Below, in pieces: positions 38,300-49,934 of a stretch of DNA of 64,000 bases. This DNA is from Eukaryota sp. TZLM1-RC. Its lineage: Eukaryota > Protista > Metamonada: BaSk clade. The stretch is from NCBI GenBank assembly GCA_040285825.1, contig JAUPSS010000004.1:5485784-5549783 (forward strand). The letters run 5' to 3'. The notes beneath the pieces are model-generated. The model saw only the letters and a program-made list of their open reading frames with translations. It was not told the origin of the DNA and did not search any database. The position numbers were made by a program, and so were the translations under genes. The first letter of the stretch is position 1, and each line of letters opens with the position of its first letter.

Positions 38300-39170
38300 G
38301 ATTTATTGGACAAAATTCAAATTGTTAAAACTAATGTCTCTATAATTGAGTGCGCATTAAACAAAAACAATGTTATACCAAACGCACCATCGCACCACCG
38401 ATTAAAAAAGTAATAATAATAAAAAGTAGTGGTTGGGGTTATCTAATTGCTCCTTTTGTCGATTCTTCTCAGGTTCTTGTTGATTTTACTACTGTTGATC
38501 CCTTTGCTTCAATTTACTGTGAAGATGTCTTAGTTAGTTCTAAAGGCCACTTGGACAAGGCTGAGGTTCGAAAACCAGAGAAATATGATGAGTTATTGAA
38601 TGATTTAAATAAGAACCTTTATTCGAAGTTTTCTTTCGTTCTTTTTGCCTTTTCGATTTTTGGTTATATTGGTCAGTTTGGTTTGAATTTTCCCAACAAT
38701 TTGGATTCTCTATGTCGTTCAATTGGTAAGAATTTTGCTGGGTTTTGATCGAAGAATCGAGTCATTTTTGCTTTGTATAGAAGTTTTCCCAAATATTTAA
38801 ATTTAATGATGTCCAAGCTTAACAAGGATTCTTCAAGAGTTGATGTGGAGAATTTTGTTTCTTATGTGTTTTAATTTGTTTTGTTTTGTTTTGTAATTAC
38901 GTAGAAAATCTAAAAATTAGTATTATTAATATTCAATAATTTGAATTCAAACATGCCCAATACCTTTATTGTCCTTTTGCGTATTCATTATTTGGTACTT
39001 CCGAATAAAACCGCTTTATTTGTTCTAGGCAAATTCTCTAAAAAAGAGATGGAAGAATATTGATCGAACGTTGTTGCAAAATAGAACTGTTTTATCTGTT
39101 TTTAAATTCATGCATAATCTTGTTTCTATCTCGCAGTTATCACTAGCAAGATTTCTTCAAAAAATGCTTA
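38300..39170 (+). mobile_element. RLE non-LTR 3' fragments
   Basis: VDFTTVDP...AEVRKPEKYD...FAFSIFGYIG; a second YCPFAYSLFG piece near 38960. Confidence 0.7.
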
Positions 39171-39844
39171 AATAGAATTATGAATGGTAGGTGTGGTAGC
39201 TTGAGGAAATAGATTTTGGGTTTTCAACAATTCGTATAAATGAAACAATTGTGTTCAGAAAAAATTTTGAATAGTAGGCATTAATTGTCTCCTTAAGCAT
39301 TGAAAACATCTCTATGTTTACGTTTAACAAGTCCAATATTTTCTGAATAGAAGGGTATTGAGGTACTGATCCCAAATATTTCAGTTTGTTTGTTTAACCT
39401 ACATAAGAAATACTTCAATAAATAAATGAATAACAACCCACAAAGACCAATTCCTGCAACATTGTCAAAGTCGGTATTGGTTAACTTCACTCTGCATGAA
39501 CGTAATTAGAATGTTTCTAGAAATTTGGAATTTATTGATCAATAACTGTATTTGATCAAAACACAGAGACCGATCTGTCAATTGTTTTTAAGGTTCATGT
39601 TGTCGTTGTCTGAAACTGCGCGACGAAAAAGGTCGCTAAAATAGGAACAAAGAAACTTTTTGGTATTCATGGCTGGTCACTGCGTCGCTGGTGAAATAAC
39701 GTTAAACATTGTACTTAAGTAAAGGTGACTTGAAAGAGCAAAGAAGATACTGAAATACATAGACATCTTCTTACCACTTATGTGAATCACATAAGTGGAA
39801 ATGGAAGTGGAAATAAAATGGAATCAGGAATGAGAATAGAGCTA

Positions 39845-40557
39845 CAGTCAACGGTTTAATTAGTCAACATTTTTTATAAGTCGGGATTTTTATTAGTCTG
39901 GTCCAGGTTAATTCTTATTTTCTTGCAGAAAAAGAGACATAAGTTCATTCAACACTGAGTCACACAAATTAGATCTCATGGTTCTAGGATACCCAATACT
40001 AAACGACCTTGCAAGACTCCAAGCACAACGGCCTCCATCGAATGATAAAAACCCTGGTAAACACTCGTAAACACTATTTTTGGGACTCACCGTAGAATGT
40101 GTTCACAAAGTCAACCAGTGTAGTGATCCAGATGGTTTGAGCTACACAAAAAAGACCATGATTTTATGTGGACTCGCCTTAAATACCAATGGGTCATGGG
40201 AAGTGGAGCAGCTGAAGCCAGAATTCCAAAAAATCGTAGCAAAACACTCTGACAAGTTCAATGGCAGAAAGCCAGAAACTTGGCCCGATAGTGACAGTGA
40301 TGGAAAATGATTTAGAATAGTTTAAAGGTTACAATGGGTATAAAATTTTGGATAAAGTTTAGGTCTTGATTGTTGTGTTCTAATGAAAAAAATCCCGACT
40401 AATTTACTACATGATGAATTAGTCTGGTCCAAACTAATGGAAATAAATGGAATATAGTCGGGATTTAATTTAGTCGAGCCCACAGTAATAGTTTTATGGT
40501 CGACATCAAAACTACTATGGAAATTAGTCGGGACCAGACTAATTAAACCGCTTACTA
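39845..40557 (+). mobile_element. Deleted pogo/Tc1-mariner-like DNA element with TIRs
   Basis: TA-flanked imperfect TIR CAGTCAACGGTTTAATTAGTC / GACTAATTAAACCGCTTACTA; internal AGTCGGGA and ATTAGTCTGGTCC repeats; residual transposase-like tail 40080-40310. Confidence 0.8.
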
Positions 40558-41926
40558 TAATTCATTTTATCTTTGGAGTTGAAATCTCAAAAAATAAATA
40601 ATGAAGGGGTAATTGTTTTTATACTATTCATTCAAAATCAAAATTGTTTTTGTACTTTTTGAAATGGTATAGAAAATCACCACACGATTTCATGACTATA
40701 ATTGGTTTTTTACCATGGTCAGATTCTGATTGATTGACACTGATCTCTTTTCTCTGTCTGTAATGATATTATCCTATTCATCTGAAACATGAACTTTTTC
40801 CTGAGCCTGTACCTTTCTCAACACATCGACTTTGTTCAATAATACAACACAAACATCTTTATATCAACTAGAAAACATCCTCACAACCTTTGCTATTGTC
40901 TCTCCATATATCCCTTCTTTCTCTTCACAGATGGACGACCAGCTCTTCTCTGTCTCACAGGAGGACTTAAGGGTCTTTCCCTATCGTTCCACGAGTCTCT
41001 ACTTTGAGAAGGTACAACGGACTGTTCATACATCTTTTCATACATCTTTGATCTCACGTCTTTCAAGAAGACTGTCGTGTATAAGGCGTAGTTGAAAGCT
41101 TTTCTTATCCTTGAATGTAGACTCTTGCTTCAAGGAAGCGATATTTAAAGAATACATTATAGAACTGCGGTGGTATAAAAACAATTATGGTGGTATGAAG
41201 GTAATTTTGAAGGTCTTTTAATGGTACAAAACTAATTTTTCTCAATATAAATGAATTCGAAGTGTGGTTGAGCCACTGCAAAAGGTTTGATGTTGGTCAT
41301 TCTAAGATACTGGGCAAGTTGGATAAAAGTGGAGGAAAAAAGTGAAGAATGACTTTTTTGTTCACTATCCAAATAATATTGAACTTTTCATTTTGAGAAA
41401 TGGGCCAAAAGTAAATAAAAATAAAAATAAAAAGAATAGAATAAAAATTTCATGTATTTGTTTCCATCTTCAGAGTGGAATATATTCCACTTTGGTATTG
41501 GAGATATGCTCCTAGTCGCACAAGCATAATGGTATTGGCCTAACACGTTCATTAATTTTATCAAATGCTGTGTTAGGTAGAATCAACAACTTCCTGTATG
41601 AAGTTGCTTTAAGGTCTCCTCGTCCAATGGATTTATTTAGTGTGTAAACCCTTCTTCAGTTGAAATGAAATTTTTACGTGCCTTTGGAATCGTGGTTAAT
41701 TGTGAATTTTTATTTAAATATATTTTGTATCAAAAACTATCACTAATGCAATCAACAATTAGAGGTAAAAAAATTCTAATTGTTGAACAGCATTAGTGTG
41801 ATTGAGTTCAGTGTGTTCTCATTTTGCACAAAAGGAGTAACTGATCAAGGGTGATAGTAATTTGGTCAACAGAAATTTGAAACAAACATTCTTAAATACA
41901 TTTACACGATTTTGAGAAACAAAAAA

Positions 41927-43693
41927 CTACAAACTTCTAAACATTGACAAAACATGTTCAACTTGGGTACCTATTCCAAAAGAACCAAAGCTTCCAGCTG
42001 AATCCGTCCTACACCTTCCTTCACATTCCTCCTCCTCAGATTCCGAATCAGAGTCCACCCCGATTAAGCTATACTTTGATGGTCCAACATGAACAGTGGT
42101 CGAAACTTGGGCGGCTTGGCAAAGAGGAGAAACAGATGTACTTGGGGATTTGAGGAATCGTGTTGATGCATAGGAGATAATGTCATCAAATTCTTGGTCA
42201 GATTCACAGGTTGATATTATTTTAGGTCGTTTTGGTGGGAAAAGCGGTCTCCGTTTGAAGATCGGGGGTGGTGGTATAAGAGGAAGAGGAGAGTTGAAGG
42301 CAGTAGGACCATAAAACAATCCGGCAGGGGGTGTGTTAAGTCCAATGAGAGGGGAAGGTGAGGAGATCAACGGGAGGACAGAAAATGATTGGAAGCCGAC
42401 AGATGACAAGGAAGGGAAAGCGACAGGTTCTTGGCTCACAGGATTGAGTATGACGATATCAGAGTGAATCAGCCCAACGATATACGGAGTAAAAACAGCA
42501 TCTTGGGGGATAGTTTGTGGTTTCGTACATGAAAAGGAGCTAGTGAATGTGGGACAAGACACCAAATTAGGCTTTTGTGATGAACAATGTCTCCACAAAA
42601 TCTGACCATTCTGATATAAACTTCCCAACAAAAGTCTCAGAGTCCATGACATTGCTGCTGTGGGAGAGGGGTAACCATTGGGCTTAAGGGGAGCTGCCAG
42701 TGATGGATACTCTGATGAGGGCGACTTTAATACAATCCAAACTGAAGACAAATTGATACCCAAAACTTCCACAGTAATAGTACCTTGTCCAGACTGTTGG
42801 ATCACCGGCCGCTTAAACGACAGAGAAGAAGCAAACCCACAAGGAAGAGGACTTGAGATCACATTGCAAACAGTAGCCACTCTTGAAGCTGAATAGTTGG
42901 TCAGAGTAACATTACCAACAAGTCCACTAAGAGAAAACAATTCACTTGATAAAGCCTCAATTGATATCACGTCTCCTGGTTGAAAAATGTTATTAGAACA
43001 TAGTAAAAAACTAGAAAAAGCCCTCCATTGCTTCGTTGGTCGAGGTATTGGATATAATCCTATTAATTTATCAGTAATGGCATTTCTAAAACACAAATAG
43101 ACCGGCAACTTGGTAGAAGGCAGTGTAGGTACGTTTAACATTGATGTATGTAGTTGTATGTTGATGTGAATACATGTTGAGAAATTGGGCACAAATGGAG
43201 TAAATGAATCTTGAAGAGGAAACAATTCAACAACCTTTTCAAAATCCAACAAGGTGGCACCGGGAAGGTCTGCACTTAAGATGGGTAAAGTCGTTTGAAA
43301 GGACCCAGAATGTTCCATATTATTACACATAAACTCTACTAATGAACTGGCAGATATAGTCAATGTGGAAACATTACGTAGAACACCTTCTTTTTGTAGA
43401 ATAAAACAAAAATCTCGAACTTGGGTTATTTCAAAAAATGTGGAGAGTTGTTGTTTAAGTTCAAGTTGTACATCTGAAATAGAAGCAAACTCTAGTTCGT
43501 CGTTCCAGCTGCGCCTAGCAGCTAGGCGTAGGAGGTGTTTACAAAAAATAAATAGCTGTACAAAGGTCTCATCTATAGTTGAATTGGCGTCTAAAGAAGA
43601 GTGCAATTCAAACTCAGAATGAGCAAGATGACAAGTCTTCTCAATTTCAGGACAAGTATTGAACTGGGCATATGTACAACAGAAGCTAGTCAT
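41927..43693 (-). CDS. Hypothetical protein with N-terminal CCCH-like zinc finger and Pro/Ser-rich tail
   Basis: 588-aa open frame; CTYAQFNTCPEIEKTCHLAH. Confidence 0.75.
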   Translation of the reverse strand: MTSFCCTYAQFNTCPEIEKTCHLAHSEFELHSSLDANSTIDETFVQLFIFCKHLLRLAARRSWNDELEFASISDVQLELKQQLSTFFEITQVRDFCFILQKEGVLRNVSTLTISASSLVEFMCNNMEHSGSFQTTLPILSADLPGATLLDFEKVVELFPLQDSFTPFVPNFSTCIHINIQLHTSMLNVPTLPSTKLPVYLCFRNAITDKLIGLYPIPRPTKQWRAFSSFLLCSNNIFQPGDVISIEALSSELFSLSGLVGNVTLTNYSASRVATVCNVISSPLPCGFASSLSFKRPVIQQSGQGTITVEVLGINLSSVWIVLKSPSSEYPSLAAPLKPNGYPSPTAAMSWTLRLLLGSLYQNGQILWRHCSSQKPNLVSCPTFTSSFSCTKPQTIPQDAVFTPYIVGLIHSDIVILNPVSQEPVAFPSLSSVGFQSFSVLPLISSPSPLIGLNTPPAGLFYGPTAFNSPLPLIPPPPIFKRRPLFPPKRPKIISTCESDQEFDDIISYASTRFLKSPSTSVSPLCQAAQVSTTVHVGPSKYSLIGVDSDSESEEEECEGRCRTDSAGSFGSFGIGTQVEHVLSMFRSL

Positions 43694-43922
43694 GCAGAAG
43701 ACTAATGGAGGGGTGAGGATATATATACAAATGCAAAAGTGGGTAGGTTGTAGGGTTCTCTAGGCTAAGGGTTTCAACGTCGAATGAATATGAGAAAATG
43801 GAAAGACCTCCTCTGCGGCCAATTACCCTTTTCAGTAAATCTAACATTACCAATTGATTTATCTAACAATCAAAGAACTGTTCTATACTCAAACTTGTTT
43901 TATAAGAACTGTTTGTTACCTC

Positions 43923-45031
43923 ATGCAAGCAGAGATTGTTTATCTCCTTGTAAACTTCGTTCTCAGTTTCTTGGGTTTTCTTACAGTAGTATTTATAATA
44001 CCTCATGCAATACCCTCCTTCTTAAAAGCACGATTGTTTGGTAAAGACCTCAACAAATCTTCACTAACTGATGAAAAAATGTATGATAGTCTGTTCAACT
44101 TCATCTAACTGATAGACCAGAATCCCTTGGCATCATTCCTGCCACAGTGTACCTTCTCATTGTAATCATATGGCAACTATTTCTAAATGATACTAACCTT
44201 CTTTCACGTTATACAGCCGCCATCTTGTCTATATGCCTCATGACCTTTCTAGGGTTTGCAGATGATGTTCTAAACCTACGATGGAGATATAAGCTTTTCC
44301 TCCCCGCAATCGCATCTCTCCCTATTGTAGTTTCCTACACTGGTTCTACTTTAGTTGTTGTTCCCAAGCCTTTGAGAGCTTTGCTACTTTGTTCTTCTTT
44401 TGATCTTGGTTACATATACCTTGTATATTTAGTTTTACTACTTCTCTTTTGTTCAAATTCAATCAATATCTACGCCGGAATCAATGGTCTTGAAGTAGGC
44501 CAGTCTATTATTATTTCTCTTGTAATGATTGCTTATAATATCTTACATTTGTTTACAAAAGACAACTCCATCAAGGATTCACATTTTCTAGCATTGTCAT
44601 TACTACTTCCATTTACTTCTTCTTCATTAGGTTTATTTCATTGGAATAAGTTCCCTTCTAGAGTGTTTGTAGGAGATTCTTATACTTATTTTGCTGGAGT
44701 GACGCTTGGAGTGGCTGCTATTGTTGGACAATTTACAAAGCTTTTGTTACTGTTATTCATACCACAATTAATTAACTTTGTGTATTCATTACCCCAATTG
44801 ACTGGTTTTGTCCCTTGCCCAAGGCATAGACTGCCAAAGTTTAACGAGAAGACCAAAAAGTTGGAGGGTGTGAAAAGTCATATGAACTTAATTAACCTGG
44901 TTTTGAGATTTTTTGGATCAATGACCGAAAATAATTTGTTTGTGATATTGATGATACTGCAGACAGTGTGTAGTACTTTGGGGCTTGTTATTAGGGAACT
45001 ACTGGCTAGTAGAAAAATTCTATATGACTAA
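43923..45031 (+). CDS. ALG7: UDP-GlcNAc:dolichyl-phosphate GlcNAc-1-phosphotransferase; exons 43923-44080 and 44116-45031
   Basis: FGKDLNK, spliced EKIPESLG, FLGFADDVLNLRWRYK, NSINIYAGINGLEVGQ, PSRVFVGDSY, PCPRHRLP. Confidence 0.97.
44081..44115 (+). other. 35-nt spliceosomal intron
   Basis: GTATGA...CTAACTGATAG; removal joins the two frames and restores the conserved IPESLG. Confidence 0.92.
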
Positions 45032-45496
45032 TTCTTAACAATAAATAAATCAAATACTTCTAAGGTTCTCAATTAATATTTATTCATTAATTTATTTAAT
45101 TTAATTATTATTAAGGTTAATACTTCTAAGCTGTTGTAACTCTTTTTCACTCTGTAAAGTCATCAGAGGGCCTCTCGTCCACCATCAACTATGCATAAGC
45201 ACCTCTGCTGAGCCATAAGTGTATTTTTTAGAGTCCAAGAACATAAATTAATTCAACAAAAAAATTTGTGTACACATGAAACTTATCAATAGAAATCAAG
45301 GTGATTCATGTAGTTCAAAGGACAAGATATTGCTGGCAATTCATGTACACACCAATCTAAATGTATCCCTTTTGAAAGAGCCAAAAAGGACTATTCGAAT
45401 AAAGCCTTTCGTGTTGGTAAGAACCTCTATTCAGTAGTTTGTGTTAAAGTTCATTTTGGCGCATTTATATACTTTTGATCACTTTAGTGACCCTAC

Positions 45497-46417
45497 ATGA
45501 GTAATGTCAACAGTGCAGCTATCCATGATGCACTACGGCACATAGACTCTCTTTCAACCCTCACATATGACAGATTCATGGACAATTCATTTGAAACCCA
45601 CACCTCTGTTCTTTCAGCCATTCTTCACAAACTTGGATCTTCAACCCTTCTATCTCTCCTGTCTCAGAGAGATGAAGGGGTTTTATCTGAATTACGTTCT
45701 AATGTTGACGGTTTTCAACGTGAGGCTAATGCTAAAGAGTTTAGGAAGATATTTTATTACACTGCTATTAATGAATGTAACAAGTACATTTCGACCAAGA
45801 TATCACCTATTCAACTCGCTAAAAGGCCCACTTGCTTTTTCGAAATTCTTACTTTGTTACTGAAAAAGGCCAAGATTTACTCTGAACCAATAGCACCAAA
45901 GTCGCCTCAACCAATCACTTCACCTTGCATTAGTATAAGTTCTGGCAGAGTAGACAATAAGGAAAGGAAAAAACGAACAAGAAAAACAAAGCCTCTATTT
46001 GATTTCCAAGTTTTGTGTCAAAAATACAAGAAATATAATGACTATTTACTACAAAATTTGATTGCCAAATCCGAAGCAATCACTACTGCAACCAGTCATT
46101 TATCAAACGTGCTAACTTCCGATATCTCAAGTTTAAATCACGAACAAAGACAGTGGGTTACAGCAGCTTTGAGTAGTTTAAATAAGAGTAATAATGGTGA
46201 AATATGGAAAGAAGAAGAAGAAGATTTGAGTGAAATTAATTCAGGAAAACCTATATTTACAAAACACAACACACTAGATAAACAAGTAAATGTACAATTA
46301 ATTGAGGAAGAATTGCCTGTAGAGGTACAAGAGGCTTTTGAAACAATTAAATCAGAATCCACACAGGAAAACTTACAATCACTATTTGAATTGCTAGACG
46401 AATATTCCACAGAGTAA
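45497..46417 (+). CDS. Hypothetical protein (306 aa, basic NLS-like patch, acidic C-terminus)
   Basis: Uninterrupted ATG ORF in the host gene island; KERKKRTRKTK. Confidence 0.75.
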   Translation: MSNVNSAAIHDALRHIDSLSTLTYDRFMDNSFETHTSVLSAILHKLGSSTLLSLLSQRDEGVLSELRSNVDGFQREANAKEFRKIFYYTAINECNKYISTKISPIQLAKRPTCFFEILTLLLKKAKIYSEPIAPKSPQPITSPCISISSGRVDNKERKKRTRKTKPLFDFQVLCQKYKKYNDYLLQNLIAKSEAITTATSHLSNVLTSDISSLNHEQRQWVTAALSSLNKSNNGEIWKEEEEDLSEINSGKPIFTKHNTLDKQVNVQLIEEELPVEVQEAFETIKSESTQENLQSLFELLDEYSTE

Positions 46418-46498
46418 ACCAATAAACAGAAGTAATTCAAAATAGTAATTCAAATGGAATTAAATTACTTAAATCAATAATTTCACTAATAGAAAAAC

Positions 46499-48106
46499 TT
46501 ACAATATATTACAGCAAAAAGAAGATGACAATGAAGACTGTTGTCGGAGTGATGACCTGTCATTACGTATTGGTGACGATTTTCTCGAACTTTCTGATCC
46601 TTTTTGACCGATTTTGAATTGGTCTTTGTTCACTTCGCCTCCTTGGAGCTCAAGTAAAGATGGACTGTCTTTTAGAGTATGTCCAATCAATTGTGAAATG
46701 CTGACGTCATGGTCTTCTGATTTCTCGGCCCTTTCTGACCTTTCCGATTCATCACCTTCTTCAAGTACAATTTCATCAATTAAATGCTTAATTTCACAAA
46801 AATCAGCTTTTTCAATTTCGTTCGCTTTTTCTTTTTCCTCTTCTTCTTCCTCACTAACTTCTTCAGGTACAAAGAGACGGCCTCTGGGTGAAATACCCGA
46901 CAGATCGGCTTGTGACCAATGTGCTATGTTCCTTGAGTTTCTTGAATTACGTTGAACACCCGAAGGACTTCTCATTAATTCAACTGAATTGGGATCATCC
47001 TTAGTAGGAGAGCTTGTTGACCTTGCCTTTAAACTAGAACTATCTGAGCGATCAGAATTACGTTGACCAATTTCTTCTTCTAGATTTAATAAAGGTTGAG
47101 CACTTTTGCGTCGCAAATACCTCGTTGAACAATGAAAATCATCCAATTCATCATCCTTCACTACATCCAAGATCTGCTTTGGTGGGTACAACAAATAAGG
47201 AGGGTTTGTGGCCAGGGGAGTCTGCCAATCAAGAGCTGGGGGAGATCTAAGGTTTTCTTTATGCATTTGAGTAGCTAACATTAAATGAAATATTTTGTGG
47301 ATCAACCTGTAGTTTGGCCTTGACGCATATGAAAGTGATTGTAAATGATCTGCAAATTCAGCAAAACCAGAAGGTAATCCATTTATCAACCGTTGAATAG
47401 GAAACTTCTGTTTCATTGTACTGATGGCATCGCGGTCTCGGAGCCTCTTCCATGGTAAACTTCCTACCGCTAATTCAATCAAGACATAAAACAATGACCA
47501 AAAATCATCTTTGCGGCTCAAATCATCAGAAAAATGAGACGTCAGGGAAGCATATCTAGCTGTGCCCCTGAACCCTGCTGATTTCCTGGCTGGTCTTATG
47601 CTTCCATCAGGTTCTCGAAAGCGACGGGATAGACCAAAGTCTATAATGTAGAGATGTCCAGACGTGGATGGTCGAGAACCAATGGCAAAGTTGGAAGGCT
47701 TAATGTCACGATGTATGTATCCATGAGAGTGGAGGATCTCAATGGCAGAAGACATTTGAATGGCCAACTGAGCTATGGTAGGTATGGAGAAACAGCCAGA
47801 GACTTGGCGTTTACGAAGTTCTGAGAGATTGTCACCGAGTAGTTCCATGACGACGAAGTTGTACTCATCAGCTCGACCACAAGTGTAATATTTTGCAATA
47901 AAAGGGTTGCCTTGTAGTTTTTTAAGGATGGCAACTTCAAGTTTAAGAACACCTTTTGATGTATTTGAGTGTTTTTCAAGCTTAATGGCGACACGATCAC
48001 GGGTGTAGAGACATGTTGCAGCATATATTTCGCCAAACGCACCCTGTCCGAGTTTACCCGTCACAGAGTAGCGGTTACGAAAGACTGTACCGATACCCAC
48101 GCTCAT
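46499..48106 (-). CDS. Casein kinase 1 / tau-tubulin kinase family Ser/Thr kinase
   Basis: GQGAFG, VAIKLE, VLKLEVAILKKLQG, HRDIKPSNF, DFGLSR, GFRGTARYAS; likely start MSVGIG at 48106; C-terminus FCCNIL. Confidence 0.95.
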   Translation of the reverse strand: MSVGIGTVFRNRYSVTGKLGQGAFGEIYAATCLYTRDRVAIKLEKHSNTSKGVLKLEVAILKKLQGNPFIAKYYTCGRADEYNFVVMELLGDNLSELRKRQVSGCFSIPTIAQLAIQMSSAIEILHSHGYIHRDIKPSNFAIGSRPSTSGHLYIIDFGLSRRFREPDGSIRPARKSAGFRGTARYASLTSHFSDDLSRKDDFWSLFYVLIELAVGSLPWKRLRDRDAISTMKQKFPIQRLINGLPSGFAEFADHLQSLSYASRPNYRLIHKIFHLMLATQMHKENLRSPPALDWQTPLATNPPYLLYPPKQILDVVKDDELDDFHCSTRYLRRKSAQPLLNLEEEIGQRNSDRSDSSSLKARSTSSPTKDDPNSVELMRSPSGVQRNSRNSRNIAHWSQADLSGISPRGRLFVPEEVSEEEEEEKEKANEIEKADFCEIKHLIDEIVLEEGDESERSERAEKSEDHDVSISQLIGHTLKDSPSLLELQGGEVNKDQFKIGQKGSESSRKSSPIRNDRSSLRQQSSLSSSFCCNIL

Positions 48107-48239
48107 TGTGAGTGTTTGGATCCTTGATTTTTTCTGTGCAAGAACAAGAAATTTTGTTGCTAAATTTAGATTAGACTGGTTGGTCACCCTGCAGGTGAAC
48201 CTGTTAATAGTCCAGTTAAGCAAAAGAATGCAAAGTAAA

Positions 48240-48495
48240 TCTCTTTGGTTGTGTGTATGGATCAATGGTTTTATGTTATGTTACGGGTCATATGAAGGAA
48301 GGCCATTTTAACCGTCATGAATTTATTGGTTTTCTAAAAGATGTTATTAAATCTGGAATAACACACAGATTTCCAGGAAACAGATCTGTTTTAGTATTGG
48401 ACGGATGAAGAATCCATACTGGACCTGCAATTTCCCATGTAGGTCGTAAGGTTGGGCTGGAGTATTTGATATTGCCACCATACTCACCTGAGAGA
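48240..48495 (+). mobile_element. IS630/Tc1-like (DDE_3) transposase fragment
   Basis: EFIGFLKDVI..FPGNRSVLVLDG*RIH...GLEYLILPPYSPE. Confidence 0.75.
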
Positions 48496-48499
48496 TATT

Positions 48500-48660
48500 T
48501 ATTTATTAAACATACACACTTAATAAAATTAATTCATAACTAGGGGTGGATCATTTTTTGGAAGTCATTCAAAAAAGTTTCTGCTTCTACTGATAGGCTT
48601 CCGTTTATCGAAAATGGGAAAGCAATAAAAACAAGTGGTGCATTTCTATCAGAATTAGCA
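48500..48660 (-). mobile_element. Short family A RLE 3' remnant
   Basis: Family A 3' UTR and FIAFPFSINGSL segment. Confidence 0.7.
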
Positions 48661-49934
48661 TTAGCATTAAAGATTCAACATTTGTTTAATACATTTACAC
48701 ACCTTTACAATACATTTACACAGTTAATTTATGTAAGATTGACAAAAAAGAACCACTAGACAAAACCTTTGACAAATCTAAATCTGATAGAATAAATCGG
48801 TCCATTGGAAGAATTCTTAAATCATGAGCATTTAATAGAGGTTGTAGGGAAGCTCATTGTGAAAGTTTAGTTGAAACTTGATTAGCTTTTACATAACCAA
48901 TATCAGAAAGTTCTTGGGCAAAAAATCTGACATCAAATAAATTTTCAAACTTAAAACTTAACTTCATTGCAGAAATATAAGCTACAAGTTTATGGTCATC
49001 ATCCAAGTTGATTTTAACAAATATAATCGCCAACTCCAAGATTTTTGTAATGGTATCTTTTTGTGACCGTCATCACCACTGGTTCTTTTCCAAAGCCATC
49101 CACCTCTAAAGGCCAATTAATCCATATCTTTTACAATGGATTTCTTTCTGAATGCCCACAAGATAGGTGTCTTGTTTCTTCTTGGGAAAATTTTCTAGTG
49201 CCTTATAGAAATTCACTCATTCTTTTTCTCAATGTTTGGCTGCAGCCTGAGAAAGGTAATTTTACCAATAGAAAAGGGCTTTTTCCTTATTTTGCTTGTC
49301 GGGCTCGTCAATTGGCGTCTGACGTGAAGACAAGTTCACCTAAAATTTGTCAATGCTGGAAAAAAACCTTGATTCGTGCTCATTGTAGAGCTCTAGATAA
49401 AACGAATGTCTGTGCCAATTATATTCTCTTTCTTTTACCAGATGAACCCTTAGCCCAACCCGAAGAATTAGTAGTAGTAGTTGTTTTCGAACACTACATC
49501 AATTTCAATCTGTGTAATTCAAGAGAAAAATTCTTTCCATTAAATGCATGAAAGTTTATCTTGAATCTGTTTCCAAGATTTCCTGCCACTGCTTCTCTAC
49601 TGTCTTCACATGAGCAAATCACCTTGTCATCAAAGGAAATTGGTAAGCTTTTTCTCTTTAATCTTAAAATTTCACAATACTTACTCACTTTCTTTTCTCA
49701 TATGCATTTCTGGCAGAGTTTTAGAATAATACCTTTAGCTTCTCATAAAGGTTCTAAAATTCATGAGGTTCCTTCACATGTTTTTCCATCTGTGAAAAAA
49801 TTTCCACTTATTGAAGGATCATCTTCCAAAACAAAGTTAATTAGAAATACATGTCTGAAACAAATATTCAAACAATTTCCTTACCAAAAATTTAATATCA
49901 ACAAAAAAGTTTCAAAAATAGATTTAAAAATTTC

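Noticed and set aside
45130-45440. Possible snoRNA/snRNA hairpins in the intergenic region
   Set aside because: Only weak stems and no convincing box motifs by eye
48107-48265. N-terminal 53 aa of the kinase ORF in the track
   Set aside because: Non-ATG start that overlaps the edge of a DDE fragment on the other strand; the kinase domain begins right after MSVGIG
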